Source: Chiloscyllium plagiosum
Taxonomy: Eukaryota
NCBI RefSeq assembly: GCF_004010195.1
Contig: NC_057754.1
Span: 10,079,562 to 10,143,561 of the forward strand
Reading direction: 5' to 3'
DNA: 64,000 nt
This document shows, piece after piece, positions 49,060 to 62,280 of the stretch. The translations under genes and the position numbers were made by a program. How positions within the stretch are numbered: position 1 is the first letter of the stretch; each line of letters starts with the position of its first letter. The notes under the pieces are model-generated. The model ran no database searches and was not told the origin of the DNA. It saw nothing but the letters and a program-made list of their open reading frames with translations.

Positions 49060-49690
49060 TTGGATTTGGAGATATCAGAGTTGGACTGGGGTGTACAAAG
49101 TTAAAAATCACACAACACCAGGTTATAGTCCAACAGGTTTTTTTTGGAAGCACTAGCTTTTGGAATGCAGCTCCTTCATCAGGTGGTTGTGGAGTATAAG
49201 ATCATAAGACACAGAATTTACAGTGTGATGTGACTGAAATCACATATTGAAAAAGACCTGGATTGTTTGTTAAGTCTCTCATCTTTTAAAAAGAACATGT
49301 TGGTTTTGGTTCTTTCATATGTAAATTTCAGAACTTTTTAAGGTTACATTCTCAAGTGAACTTTAACAATTGCTGTCATGTCAGCCCAGATAATGCATTT
49401 AAGGTGTGAGGTGCCCTGTGTGATACTGTCTGTGTTACAATGTTCAGACTAATTCTAATCTAAAAAACAGATTTACAGAATCTTACATAGATTCATGCAG
49501 TTTTTAAGGAAAATAAAATGTAATTCTGCAAGTACAAATTCACCTCACAAACTTGTGTGTCGGGGGGGGGCACGCAGGGTTATGAGTGTCTGTGAGCGAG
49601 TGTGTGTATGTGAGTGTAAAGGGGTATAAGACTGTGAGAGGGTGCGTGTGAGTGTGGGAGTGCATGTTTGAGCGTATGAGAGAGGGTCAA
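49060..49690 (-). mobile_element. PLE-related element (family of 5966-6190) with a decayed hammerhead; HE1 fragment follows (~49690-49845)
   Basis: Minus CAC-CTGATGA-AGGAGCTGCATTCC-AAAAGCTA-GTG (GAAA box changed to AAAA); shared terminal sequence; TG-rich tract. Confidence 0.6.
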
Positions 49691-51373
49691 AGCACAACCG
49701 ACCCGCCAAAGCACAACCCACCCAAACCCATTTAGCCCTGCTCCTAACACTACGGGCAATTTAGCGTGGCCAATTTACCTAACCTGCACATTTTTGGACT
49801 GTGGGAGGAAACCGGAGCACCTGGAGGAAACCCACGCAGACACTGGGTTCTTCAAAAAACTCAATCAAGTTAGTGAGACAATCAAGTTACTGAATGCTTG
49901 GTGCAGTAACAGGGAATTTCAAAAGGAAATTGGTTCTGTGCTTGAAGAAAAACACTTTCAGGCTCGTTGGGAAACAGACCGAGTGGCTGGCTTTAGAAAC
50001 TCAACAATTGCTTCATTGCTGATGGGTCGCCACGACAACACAGGTCAGCATGACAACACTGATAAAACATTCCATTACTCAGAATTGACTAATTGGAAAG
50101 TTAAGGTTAAAAAACTTGAGGTAATTGGAAATTGAAGAAATGGAGGCATGAGGAGAATGTGAGTAGTTAGTATGTGGTATGTGCTGCTTAAGAGATTGGT
50201 GGAAACAGATTCAACTGAGATATTCAAGGAGAAATTGGCTTATTATCTGAAAAGGAAAGATATGTAGTGTTACAGAGAGAAACTGGTAAATGTCCCTTCG
50301 TGAATTGTTCATTCGGGTAGTCTTCTAGTGTGGTGTTATCAGTGCCCTGTCCAGGTTCAGGAAGATATCCCTGCTCCTGTACTCAATTCCTCTTGCCATT
50401 ATGGCCTTCTTCACTGCCTGCTGCTTACTTTCAAAGACTAGTATACAAGAGCATCATGGTCTTGTTGCACACTCCCTTTCCCAATCTATCCGCATTCACA
50501 TAATTATCTTCCTGTTTTTGCTATCACAGTGGATAACTTCAATATATCCACATTATACCATATCTGCCATGTATTTGCCCACTTGTCCATATTGACTGAA
50601 ACTCCTCTGCATCCTCCTCACAGGAAACTCTCCCACCCAGTTTTGTATCATCTGTAAATGTCGCGATGTGACAAGTGGTTTATTCGCCTAAATCATTCAA
50701 ATACATTGTGAATAGAAGGCAGAGTTGAGACAGCATTGGATGGACACGGATTCAGATCCACAGAAAAAAGGCTTCCCCAACCCCAGGACCGGAAAACCTC
50801 TCTTGGATAACGCTAAAATCTCTAAATGTAAATTATTTGTAGCTTAGTGCTGAAAAACGTACCAGCCACTTAAATCATTTCCCTGCTACTAATTTTACCA
50901 TCTCCTGCCAGAGCCTACAGAGGAAGAGAGATCTTGGTGTATTGTTTACAGATCTCTGAAGATAGCAGAACAGGGTAATTGAATAGGCATTTGGATACTT
51001 GTCTTTATTATTTGAGGCATCAATTATAAGAGTAGGAAGGTTATGTTGATGCTGTACAGAACTTTGGTTAGGCCACAGCTGGAGTACAGTGTGTGGTTCT
51101 AGTCTCCACACAATAGGAAGGATGTGATTGCACTGGAGGGTGTGCAGAAGGAATTTCACCAGCCTGTTGCCAGCAATGGAGCACTTCAGCTATGGAGTAC
51201 TATAAATTAATGCAACAAACAGGACCAAGGAGCCAGTTTTCGGTCACTAAACTGGCAAACTTGGTGTTGAGTTTGACAAAATGAACGTCTGGCTGTATGT
51301 ATATAATATATATCTTTGAAACAGAGAAGGTTGAGGTGTATAAGATTATGAGGGTCGTGGACAGGATAGGCAG

Positions 51374-51779
51374 AAGGAGAAAGTAAGAACTGCAGATGTT
51401 GGAGATCAAGTCAAAACGTGTGGTGCTGGAAAAGCAGGTCAGGCAGCATCTGAGGAGCAGGAGAGTCGACGTTTCAAGCATAGCTCTTCATCAGGAATGT
51501 GTGTGGGGTCGGGGGGAGGGGCAAAGGAGCTGAGAGATAAATGGGAGGGGGTGGGGCTAGGGGGAAGGTAGCTGGGAATGCGATAGGTAGGTGAAGGTGG
51601 GGGTGATGGTGATATGTCCGAGAGGAGGGTGGAGCAGATATGTGGGAAGGAAGATGGACAGGCAGGACAGGTCAAGAGGATGGTGCCTAGTTGGAAGATT
51701 GGATCCCATGTGGAAGGAGGTGTTCTTCCTCCAGGTGTCGGGTGGTTAGGATTTGGCAGTGGAGGAGGCCCAGGACTTG
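51374..51779 (-). mobile_element. Neptune-like PLE 3' fragment nested in CR1 (~50915-52020)
   Basis: 12-bp TSD CAGGATAGGCAG (51362-51373, 51780-51791); QVLGLLHCQILTTRHLEEEHL; hammerhead core CTGATGA...GAAACGTC at 51468-51494 (-). Confidence 0.85.
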
Positions 51780-53710
51780 CAGGATAGGCAGGTAACCAGG
51801 CATAATAGAGAAGTGGCATAATTTTAAGGCAGGAGGTTTAGGCAGGATTTGAGGAAATTTAGTTTTACTGAAAAGGTGGTAGGAATACAAAAGCACTGCC
51901 TGGGAGGGGAGGAAAGATGGGAAACCTCCGAACCTTTTGCAAGTATGTGGATGAGTATTTGAAAATAGCCAAGGACGTAATATCCTTGAGAAAAGGAACA
52001 GCTTTTAGAAAAAAGCAACCAGCTTTGTGACATATGTTTCTTGCGCTAATTTAACCTCTGACTGATTCTAGTGATGGGTACAGACTTAGTTGTTAGGAAA
52101 TGGATTTTGTACTTACAGTGGAAGACATTGGATTTGATTCTTATGACAATAAATAAGAGGAAATTTTGACTAATCCAGTACTGGATCACAAACAAGTTGG
52201 TAATTTAGCAACAATGAATAACTGAGGGACTGGTGACGATATTCTCAGTGTTTGTGTGGAGATTGTAATGTCATCCAATAGTACCTTTTAAATGAGAAGC
52301 ATAGAATAGATCCTTGGGGAACAATAGATTTAATAACATGCGACAAGAAGCTCTTAATGTTGATTCTTCTTTCACAATTAGATGGAGAAGAACAGAACTA
52401 GGAGAAGGATGTCCAATCCATTGGAATGGATCTTGGAACAGCATGACAGCTCTCACTGATTAGAATATTCTGCACCTTTTTTGTAAGAGCAGAGTGACCG
52501 TTGTGGCACTTGAAGGTTCTTGGCGTTTCTCGGCCCCAAGAGAGTGTCATTAGGGTCTGGGATAATGGCCACCATTATCACAAGGCAGCAGGGTGCAAGC
52601 ACAGAGACTCTGAGCAGAATACAATGTATCTGTCTTGAACTGATAGAGATGGGTTTGAGAAACTCCACTTTCCATGGACTAGGAGTAGAACATTTACATA
52701 CAGCAAACACACAGAAATATTTGCCTCTTATGAATTTCTATCCTGGATAGACAGAGATACCTTTTATAAAACAAAAGCAAAAAATGCTAGAGAAACAAAC
52801 AAGGTTTGGCAGCATCTGTGGAGAGAAAACAAAGCAATGTCCACTGACCCTTCTTCTGTTCTGAAGTTTTTGTTTCAGATTTCCAGCATCTGCAGTTCTT
52901 TGTGTTCTGTTGGTTTTCATGAACTCCATTTATAGGATGGGGGAAGGCTGGGGAGTGGGTGGGTTAGAAATGGAGCAATCACAACACTCACAAAATAATG
53001 TCTCTTCTGGATTCAATCTTGGGCTGATAGAGATGAATTTTGCAAACATAGTTTAAGGGCATTAGAAGGACAGCGTTAACACACAGCAAACTCAAACACA
53101 CACAAATCTTTGCCTCTTTTGAATTTCTATTCTGTACTGATAGGGATGGAGACATGATTGAGGTATATAAAATTATGAAGGGCTTAGATAGGGTCGACAG
53201 GAAGGTGGAGTGATCAATGAACAGGGAGCACAGTTTTAAGGAATGGACAGGACACTTTGAGGCTAGGTCATGGACCAACTTTTGGAAAATGGGATGAGAA
53301 CATTTAGGTGCTTATTTTTAACCGCATGGACTCGGTGGGCCAAAAGATGTTTTTCTGTACTGTTGACCTCAATAACCTGCCCATTCACGAACAAGATATG
53401 ATACCAGTGCCTGGTTACCTGTGAAGAAGATGCATGATGTTTAACCTCCTCACCATGGCAGTCTATGTGGTAAAGATGCACCACTGGTCTTAGGTAGAGG
53501 ATTTACGGAGATGATAAAAGAATGCTCATGTATGTCCAACTCAATAATAATAACATTGTATTTATGTGGCACCTTTTTTGTAAGGTGTTTACATAAATGT
53601 CATTAAACAATATTTGAGACTGAGCCACTTTAAGTGATATTTGGACATTGACCAAGTGTGTTCCCACAGGTTCCCTCTCACATTTATTTCTGTTCTATAT
53701 TCTTTCACAG

Positions 53711-54780
53711 GGAGGATGAGAAAGACTTGCTGCCTGGAAACTGAAACCACACATCAGATCAGGATTTAGTGGAGTCACTCAATTCATGGTGACCTGAGTA
53801 CCAAGGAATATTGGAGATGGAAGGGAAAAGCCCTGTTCACGATGCAGAGAAACCATACATGTGATGTGTGTGTGAACAGGTCTACAGCCAATCATCTGAC
53901 CTATCAAAACATCAATAGGATTACAGCAAGGAGAAACCCTGCGAGTGTGGAGACCATGGAACGGGGTTCCAATTTCCATCTGAGCTGCAAATTTGTCTTT
54001 TGCAGTCACACGGGGGAGAGGCCATTTATTTGCTCCATGTGGGGAAGGGATTCATTAAATCATCCCACCTCCTGAGACAGCAACGAGTTCACACTGGGGA
54101 GATAGCATTTATCTCCCCGAATGTGGGAAGGGATTCACTAATTCTTCCAGCCTTTTGATACACCAGCGAGTTCACACGGGGAGAGACCATTCACTTGCCC
54201 TGTCTGTGGGAGGGGATTCACTGATTCATCCAATCTATTGTCACACCAACAAGTTCACTCAAATGCAAGGCTGTTCAGCTGCTTCCACTGCAGGCCTGAC
54301 TTCAAACATTTATCTGAACTCACAAGACAGCAGCTGACTCACAGAAAAGGGACCATTTACCTGTGCTGAGTGGGAAAGTGTTCACTGATTCATCCACCCC
54401 CTGAACACCAGTGAATTCACACTGGAGAGAGACTGTTCATCTGTTCATAGTACAGGAAGGAATTTACTTGGTTAACCATCCACTCAGACATCTGTGAGTA
54501 CAGACAGAGGAGAGACCATTTAAATGTTGAGACTGCAGCAAGTGCTATAAAATTTCTAGGAAACTGATTTTCCATTAGTGTATTCACACTGGAATAAGGG
54601 ATGATTCAGGTGTTGTCACTGCAGTTCTAAGTTCAAGCAATCATCTCAATTCCATGTTAATCAATTAATTCACACTGGGGTGAGGCCATTCACTTTATCC
54701 ACTGTGGGAAGACATTCCCTTATAGTCATCCTGCCTGATGAGACACCTGCAAGTTCGAAAGTAACTGCAGTGACTGAATT
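53711..54780 (+). pseudogene. C2H2 zinc-finger pseudogene (~10 decayed fingers)
   Basis: Acceptor ttctttcacag ending 53710; SHTGERPFICSMWG, HQRVHTG and HTGVRPF remnants; many frameshifts and stops. Confidence 0.85.
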
Positions 54781-54824
54781 TTGCAGCTGTTCAAAATCAG
54801 GACCAAACCGTGATGATTAGGATC

Positions 54825-55835
54825 TGTTTAATTTAAATAAATCTGAGGTGCTGCATTTTGGGAAAGGTCCTAGGGAGTGTTGCTGAACAAAGAGACCTTG
54901 GAGTGCAGGTTCATATCTCCTTGAAAGTGGAGTCGCACGTAGATAGGATAGTGAAGAAGACGTTTGGTATGCTTTCCTTTATTTGTCAGGGTATTGAGTA
55001 CAGGAGTTGGGAGGTCATGTTGCGGCTGTACAGGACATTGATTAGGCCACTATCGGAAAGATGTTGTGAAACTTGAAAGGGGTCAGAAAAGATTTATAAG
55101 GATGTGGCCCAGGTTGGAGGATTTGAGCTATTGGGAGAGGTTGAATAGGCTAAGACTGTTTTCCCTGGAGCGTCAGAGGCTGAGGGATGACCTTGTGGGT
55201 GGCACGGTGGTTAGCACTGCTGCCTCACAGCGCCAGAGACCCAGGTTCAATTCCCACCTCAGGCGACTGACTGTGTGGAGTTTGCACGTTCTCCCCGTGT
55301 CTGCGTGGGTTTCCTCCCACAGTCCAAAGATGTGCAGGTCAGGTGAATTGGCCATGCTAAATTGCCCATAGTGTTAGGTTAGTGGTTTGGGTGGGTTACG
55401 CTTCGACGGGTCGGTGTGGACTTGTTGGGCCGAAGGGCCTGTTTCCACACTGTAATGTAATCTAATCTAATCTGAGAAAGGTTTTTAAAATCATGAAGGG
55501 CATGGATAGGATAAATAGACAAAGTCTTTTACCTGGGTTGGGGGAGTCCAGAATTGGAGGGCATAGGTTTAGGGTGAGACGGGAAAGATATATAAGAGAC
55601 CTAAGGGGCAACTTTTTCACGCAGAGGGTTGAATGTATGGAATAAGCTGCCAGAGGAAATGGTGGAGGCTGGTACAATTGCAACATTTAAAAGGCATCTG
55701 GATGGATATATGAATGGGAAGGGTTTGGAGAGATATGGGCCAGGTGCTGGCAGGTGGGACTGGATTGGGTTGTTGGTTTTCATGAACTCCATTTATAGGA
55801 GTTTCCATGCTGTACATCTCTAGGACTCTATGAAC
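54825..55835 (+). mobile_element. CR1 3' fragment with nested HE1 SINE (~55197-55472)
   Basis: AEQRDLGVQVH...LYRTLIRP; VWNKLPEEMV; HE1 body with taatc tail. Confidence 0.9.
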
Positions 55836-56519
55836 TCCAGTCCAGGTACTGGGACTAATATGCTGCTTAGAGGTCAAGGAAAGGTCAATGAACATACAGT
55901 GTCAAGTCTTTCGAATATTTCCAACACCAGTTAATTCCTTCTGAGGTGTGCACTCTTTCTCTCTCTTTCTCTCGCCTTTCTCCCCATTCTAGGAGGTGAG
56001 GAGCAAGTCATAAAATTGGGCAGAAAACAGGGAATAGCAAAGGAAGAGTAAAAGATTGATGAAGAGTAAAAGATTGATGAAGGGGAAGAAACTGGAGTGT
56101 GACAAAAAGCTAGCTAAGTATATGGAAAGTAAAATTTAAAAAGGAAATGAGTAATCAATTTTGCATTATACTTCAGGGTGTATTTATTTTGAATTTATTC
56201 AGGAAATGCCTTACAATTTGAACAGTTACATTCCATTTGTCCTCACCATAAACGATACAAATAATTTCTCAAAAATGATTCATAATTATGAAAGGGAGGT
56301 CAGAGCATAAACCAATTCAATTCCTAAAGACAAGAGAATTATTAGAACTAAAAGCTGATACATTCTCAGGTCACCAATCAAGTAGCGACTGAACTGACAG
56401 ATGCACTCATTTTTATTGGTCAAAAATCCCTGAGCCAGTGACATGTGATTCATCTTTTGAGTTCATCTTTCTCACTGGAATGTACCTTTCCAAGCATTCT
56501 GAACTAGCTCATCAATTGC

Positions 56520-56716
56520 AAGAGGATCCGCAGTAGGGTTAAAATCAACGAGGTAAAAACAATGACTGCAGATGCTGGAAACCAGATTCTGGATTAGTGG
56601 TGCTGGAAGAGCACAGCAATTCAGACAGCATCCAAGGAGCTTTGAAATCAACGTTTCGGGCAAAAGCCCTTCATCAGGAATAAAGGCAGTGGGCCTGGAG
56701 AGATAAGCTAGAGGAG
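56520..56716 (-). mobile_element. PLE pLTR fragment with an intact hammerhead core
   Basis: Minus ATTC-CTGATGA-A-GGGC TTTT GCCC-GAAACGTT-GATT (core 56650-56677). Confidence 0.8.
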
Positions 56717-57379
56717 CAATTGTCTGTCACTGTACTTCTATGGATCTATCCTGGAATCTTATTTCCTCATTCACTTTAGACAGCTCTATTTTCATGTGTG
56801 ATTGTAAGTTTAAGTCACTAGTCGTAGGTTCACTCTTCTCTGAAATTAATTGAGTATTGCATTTTTATGAACATGTACATTCTCAATGAAATTATTCATT
56901 AATCCTGTCTCATTGTATCTCTCCAGATCTAGTAATTTTATTGTACAGAACTTGTGTTGCTGACAGAAAACACATCTAATCAAAGCTTTTTGTCTTGCAC
57001 TCAGGACAATTCACAAGAACAACCAATATAAAAGGAAATTAACTGCAGGATAGGAAAGTGCTGATTGGTTTGTAAGCGGACTTTGGTAGAGCAGTTACCA
57101 TGGGCAATTCAGCCGTAAGACGATGACTGACAGTTAACTGTCAAGTATGTTTAAAATGTAAACCAGACAGGTTGACTCTGATTGGGTAAAAGGATTGCCC
57201 TGAGAAATGAGAATGAAGAAATTCAGTGAAGGGTACAGGCTTACCCAAAAATGAGGTGCCAATCTGGTCAAGTGGTAACACAGGACTACTTGAATGTTAA
57301 GGAACAGAAGCAGCATGCAATCGACCAGGCTAACAGCTAACTGATGAGATCTAAGTCGGTCTGAATGGCTGTGAACAAT

Positions 57380-60300
57380 TAAAGATCTGACGTGATGAGG
57401 TCTTCACATCAAATATTCCCATCCACAATCATGGGAGAACTCAACACATCAGCAAAGTTTATTGGGTTTGATGATATTCCAACAATATTGTTGCAGACTT
57501 CTGCTGTAGAAAGAGCAGCACCCATTGCCAAGCTGCTTGATTATAGATATAATATTGGCATTGAGATGACTATATGGACAAGTGACCAGATATGCCCTTT
57601 TCTCAATAAGCAGGACATATCCAAGCTCAGGAATTACCACCCATTAGTCTACTCTTGACCATCAGTAAAGTGATGGAAGGCATTATCAATAGTGCGATCC
57701 AGCAGCACTTGTAAAGGAATAACCTGCTGACTGGCACTTCGTTAAGATTCCAAGAGAGATTCTCAGCTTCTGATCTCACTATGGCCTGGATCAAAACATG
57801 GTCATAAGAGATGACCTCCAGTACAACTGAGAGAAAATATTCTTGAGGATTCGTCTACTGAGTCTATATGGGTCAGAGTGAGAAATAAAAAAGGGGAGAT
57901 CACTTTGATAGCATTATACTGTAAATACCCAAATAGTCATCAGGAGATTGAGGAGCAAATATGTAAGGAGATGGCAGATAACTGCAAGAAATAGCTATGG
58001 AAAAGGATAGGTCTAGTCCACAAATTAAAGTTCTAAATCAGGGCAAGGCCAATTTTGATGGTCTTAGGAACTTTCAAAAGTTGGTTGGGGCAGGCAAAGA
58101 AACATCTGATAAGTGGGAAGCTTTCAAAGGTAAATTAATCAGGGTTCTAGACCAACCTGTCCGAATAAAAAGTTAAGGATAAGGCTGGCAAGAGTAGGGA
58201 ATCCAGGATAACTAGACTTATTGAGGCCCTGGTCAAGAAAAATAAGGAGGCATATGACTCTGACTCTAAGACATGTATGGGCAACTGGGTTCAAATGAAT
58301 TCCTTGAAAACAGAGGATGTTGAAGTACACTTTCAGGATTAGATTAGATTAGATTTAAGACAGAATTCAGGAGTTAAAAGGGGACATGGGATGGTTTTGG
58401 CTGATAAGGTAAAGACCATCAGACATAGGAATAGAAGTAAGGCCAGCCAGCATATCGAGTCCACTCCGCCATTTAATCATGGCCGATGGGTATTTCAACT
58501 CCACTTACCTGCACTCTCCCTGTAGCCATTAATTCCTTGCGAGATCAGGAAATTATCAATCTAAACTCTAATGAATACAATCAAGGGTTTCCTTAGCCAT
58601 TCATCGCATGTTAGGCCTGCTATTCCAGGGATCATCCGTATGAATGTCCACTGGACACATTCCAGTGCCAGTATGTCCTTCTTGAGGTGTGGGGCCCAAA
58701 TATTGGACACAGTATTCTAAATGGGGCTAAACTAGAGCTTTATAAATTCTCAGAAGCACATCATTGCTTTTATATTTCAATCTTCTTCAGATAAATCCAA
58801 ACTTATTCGACAATTGCCTGAAGGGCAAAAGAATAACTAGGGAGAGAATAGGGCCTCTTAAAGATCAACAAGGTCATCTATGCAGAGCCACAAGAGATGG
58901 GTGAGATCCAAAATGAAAATTTCTTGTCAGTATTTATTATTGGGAAAGACATGGATACTAGGGAATTTGGGGAAATAAACAGCAATATCTTGAGAGAGTC
59001 CGCATTATAGAAGAGTAGGTGCTGGAAGTCTTAAAAGTGCATCAAAGTTGATAAATCCCTGGGACCTGATGAAATGTATCCCAGGACTTTGTGGGAGGCT
59101 AGGGAAGAAATAGAGGAGCCCCTAGTAGAGATATTTGTACCATCAACAGCCACAGGTGATGTGCCTGAAAATTGGACAGTGGCTAATGTGCCATGATTTA
59201 AGAAAGACTACAAGGAAATGCTTGGGTATTACTGACTGGTGAGCCTAATGTCTGTGGTGGGCAATTTGTTCAAGGGGATTCTGAGAGACAGCATCTACAG
59301 GCATTTGGAGAGGCAAACACTCATTTGGGATAATCAGCGTGGCTTTGTGCATGGGAAATTGTGTCTCACGAATTTGATTGAGTTTTTGAGGGGATGACCA
59401 CGATGAGGGCAGTGTGTTAAGATATTGACTATGTGGGCTTTGGCAAAGCCTTTAACAAGGTACCTCATGGTAGTTTGTTGAGTAAGGTTAAATCTCATGG
59501 GATCTAGGGAGAGCTAGCTTATTGGTTACAAAATTACCTTGATGGTAGAAGACAGAGGATGATGGCAGAGGGTTGCTTTACAAACTGGAGGTCTGTAACC
59601 AGCAGTGTGCCACAGGATTGGTGCTGGGTCCAGTTATTCATCATTTATATAAATGATTTGCATGAGAATTTAGGAGGTATGGTTAGTGAGTTTGTGGATA
59701 ATACCAAGATTGGTGGTATAGCTGAAAGGTTATCTGGGAATGTAGTGAGATTTTGATCAACTGGGCCAGTGGGCAGAGGATTGGCAGGTGGGAGTTTAAT
59801 TTAGATAAATGCAAGATGTTGCATTTTGATGGATCATACCAGGGTAGGACTTACACAGTCAATGGTAGAACCCTGGAAAGTGTTATAGAACAAAGAGATC
59901 TAGAGGTCTCAGGTAGACAGGGTGATGAAGGCGGCTTTTGGCACACTTGCTTTTATTGGGCAGAGTATTGAGTATCGAAGTTGGGACACCTTGTTGCAGC
60001 TGTACAAGATGTTGGTGAGGCCACATTTGGAATACTGACTGTAGTTTTAGTCACCCTATTATAGAAAGGATATTATTAAACTAGAAACAGTGCAGAAAAG
60101 ATTTATTAGGATGCCATTTGGACTGAAAGTTTGAGTTATAATGAGAGGTTGGATAGGCTGGGACGTCTTTCCTTGGAGCATGGGAGACTGAGGGGTGACC
60201 TTATCGTGGATTATAACATTGTAAGAGGCATAGCTATATAGCCAATAGCTTTTCCCCATTGGTGGGGGAGTCTAAAACTAAATGGGACAGGTTTAAGGTG

Positions 60301-61580
60301 AGAAGGGAGAGATACAAAAAGGTCCAGAGGGGCATTTTCTTCACACAAAGGGTGATGAGCGCCTGGAATTGGCTGTCAGAAGTAATGATGGAAGGGAGCA
60401 CAATTTTGTCATCTCAGAAACATTTAGACACATATAGGTATGGGATAGATATGGAGGGATATGTACCAAATGCAGGCAAATGGGAGTTATTTAATTGTGA
60501 AAACTGGGCATCATGGGCAAGTTGGGCTGAAGGGTCTGTTTCCATACTGTAGACCTTTATGACTCTAAGTAAAGTGAGAATGACTGCTTCTGACATCAAG
60601 GCAACATTTATCTGTACGTTGCATCAAGGAGCCCAATCAAAGGGAGTCAAGAGTGAAATTCTCCACTGGTTATGGATGTTGGAAGTTGATCATCTCAGTT
60701 CCAGAATATCTCTGCAGGTCTTCAGGGTTGTGTCCTCAGCCCATATGTCTTAAGTTGCTTGACCAGGTACATTCCTAACATTCTGGTCTGAAGTGAAGTG
60801 GAGATGTTTGCTGATAATTGTGCAATGGGAAGCACCATTCACAACCCCCCAAATACTGAAACGCTCTGTGTTACTAACACCAAGCCCTGAACAACATCCA
60901 GACTGGGGTTGATAATGTGGTAACATTTGCAACTGCACAAGGTGATGGTTATTTCCAACAAGAATGAATCTTTAAATGCAATGGTATCAGTCCCTCACTT
61001 ATGAAAATTCAATGGGGATTATCTTTGATTAGACTGGAGCAGGACTGATCATATAAATTCTGTACCAGCACAGCAGGTCAGAGGCAAGGAGTTCTGCAGT
61101 GAGTAACTTATCTCTTGCTTCTCCTAAGACTGTCCAGCATCGATTAGGCACAAGGCAGGAGTGTAATTGAAAACTCTCCACCAGTCTGGATGAGTACAAC
61201 GCCAACAACACTTAAGAAACTGAACATCAACCAGGACAGAGCAGCCCTCTTGACTGGCAGCACATTCCCTCCATTCAACAGTGATGGATCATCTCCAATA
61301 CGTACTACAACAACACCTTCCAAACTCAGGATCTTCATCACATAGAAGGATAAGGGCAACAGATGTATGGAAGCACCACCTGCAAGTACCCCTTCAAGTT
61401 ACACACCATCTTGACTTGGAACTATCATTCTTTCATTGACACCAGGTCAAAATCCTGGACTCACTCTCTTACAGAATTGTGAGTGTACCTACACCTCAAG
61501 GATAGCAACAGATCAAGAAGGCAGGTCACCATAATTTATTTCCATGGCAGTTAGGGATGGCCAATATAGGTATTTGGTGA
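57380..61580 (+). mobile_element. Old L2/CR1-clade LINE split by a ~2.7-kb CR1 insertion
   Basis: GFDDIPTILLQT...AAPIAKL...NYHP (57392-57658) resumes as VRMTASDIKATF (60575) and runs to a 3' end like that of 34258. Confidence 0.7.
57830..60570 (+). mobile_element. CR1 ORF2 (partial EN, RT, 3' UTR); contains an inverted CR1 piece at ~58415-58795
   Basis: KVDKSLGPDEMYPRTL, HGKLCLTNL, FVDNTKIGG, FFTQRVMSAWNWL. Confidence 0.85.
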
Positions 61581-61699
61581 ATGAATACATATGCTCTGAG
61601 CTATTATGATAATTCTAGAGGAGACAGGACTTCCATATTGGCCTCCTGGCTCAGAGGGAGAGACACTACCTACGCAACACAAGAGCATTCCCATCCCAC

Positions 61700-62280
61700 A
61701 CCCCATGAATGTATAAAACGTCAGTCACCACATGAACTTGCATCTCATTGATGTCCAAATCAATGCAGGCCTGTGAAATGAAAGCTGCCAGTGAACAAAG
61801 TCCATCTGACTGACATGCCTGGGAAACATTGCAGATTCATTATATAGGCTCACTTCCCCCAGTGAAAAAAGGCAACTGCTATATCTTGGCTGTTCTCGAT
61901 ATTTTTATCTGGGAATTGAAGATTTCCCTATTAATAAACAATGATGCAGTCACCACAGTTAAAATCTGATGGGAATAAACCTGTAACATGAGGACCTTTC
62001 TAAAAAGGAGGGTGAGTGAGAATGGTTCTCATTTCAAAGCAGAATGAAAGAGGCAGCTTAGTTACCAACATATCCATATCTGCTTCCACCCAGAGACCAG
62101 TAGGGTGCTCCAGTGTTTTCCTCGCTCTATTAAAAACAACACTGAGAAAAGCTGTCAGAAAGGTGACTGGGTCATTGCTTTACCTGGTGCCTTAATGATC
62201 ATTCTCTCCCCTTCTGTTCATTGACCCTTTCATAGCCAATTTCAGCTCATGACAAGTCAGTCAATACAGATTGTGCAACC
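61700..62280 (+). mobile_element. Highly decayed retroviral/Gypsy-type integrase core
   Basis: PWETLQIHYIGSLPPVKKGNCYILAVLDIF, then DAVTTVKI, FHPETS, IKNTLRK, DWVIALPGALM across frameshifts. Confidence 0.6.
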
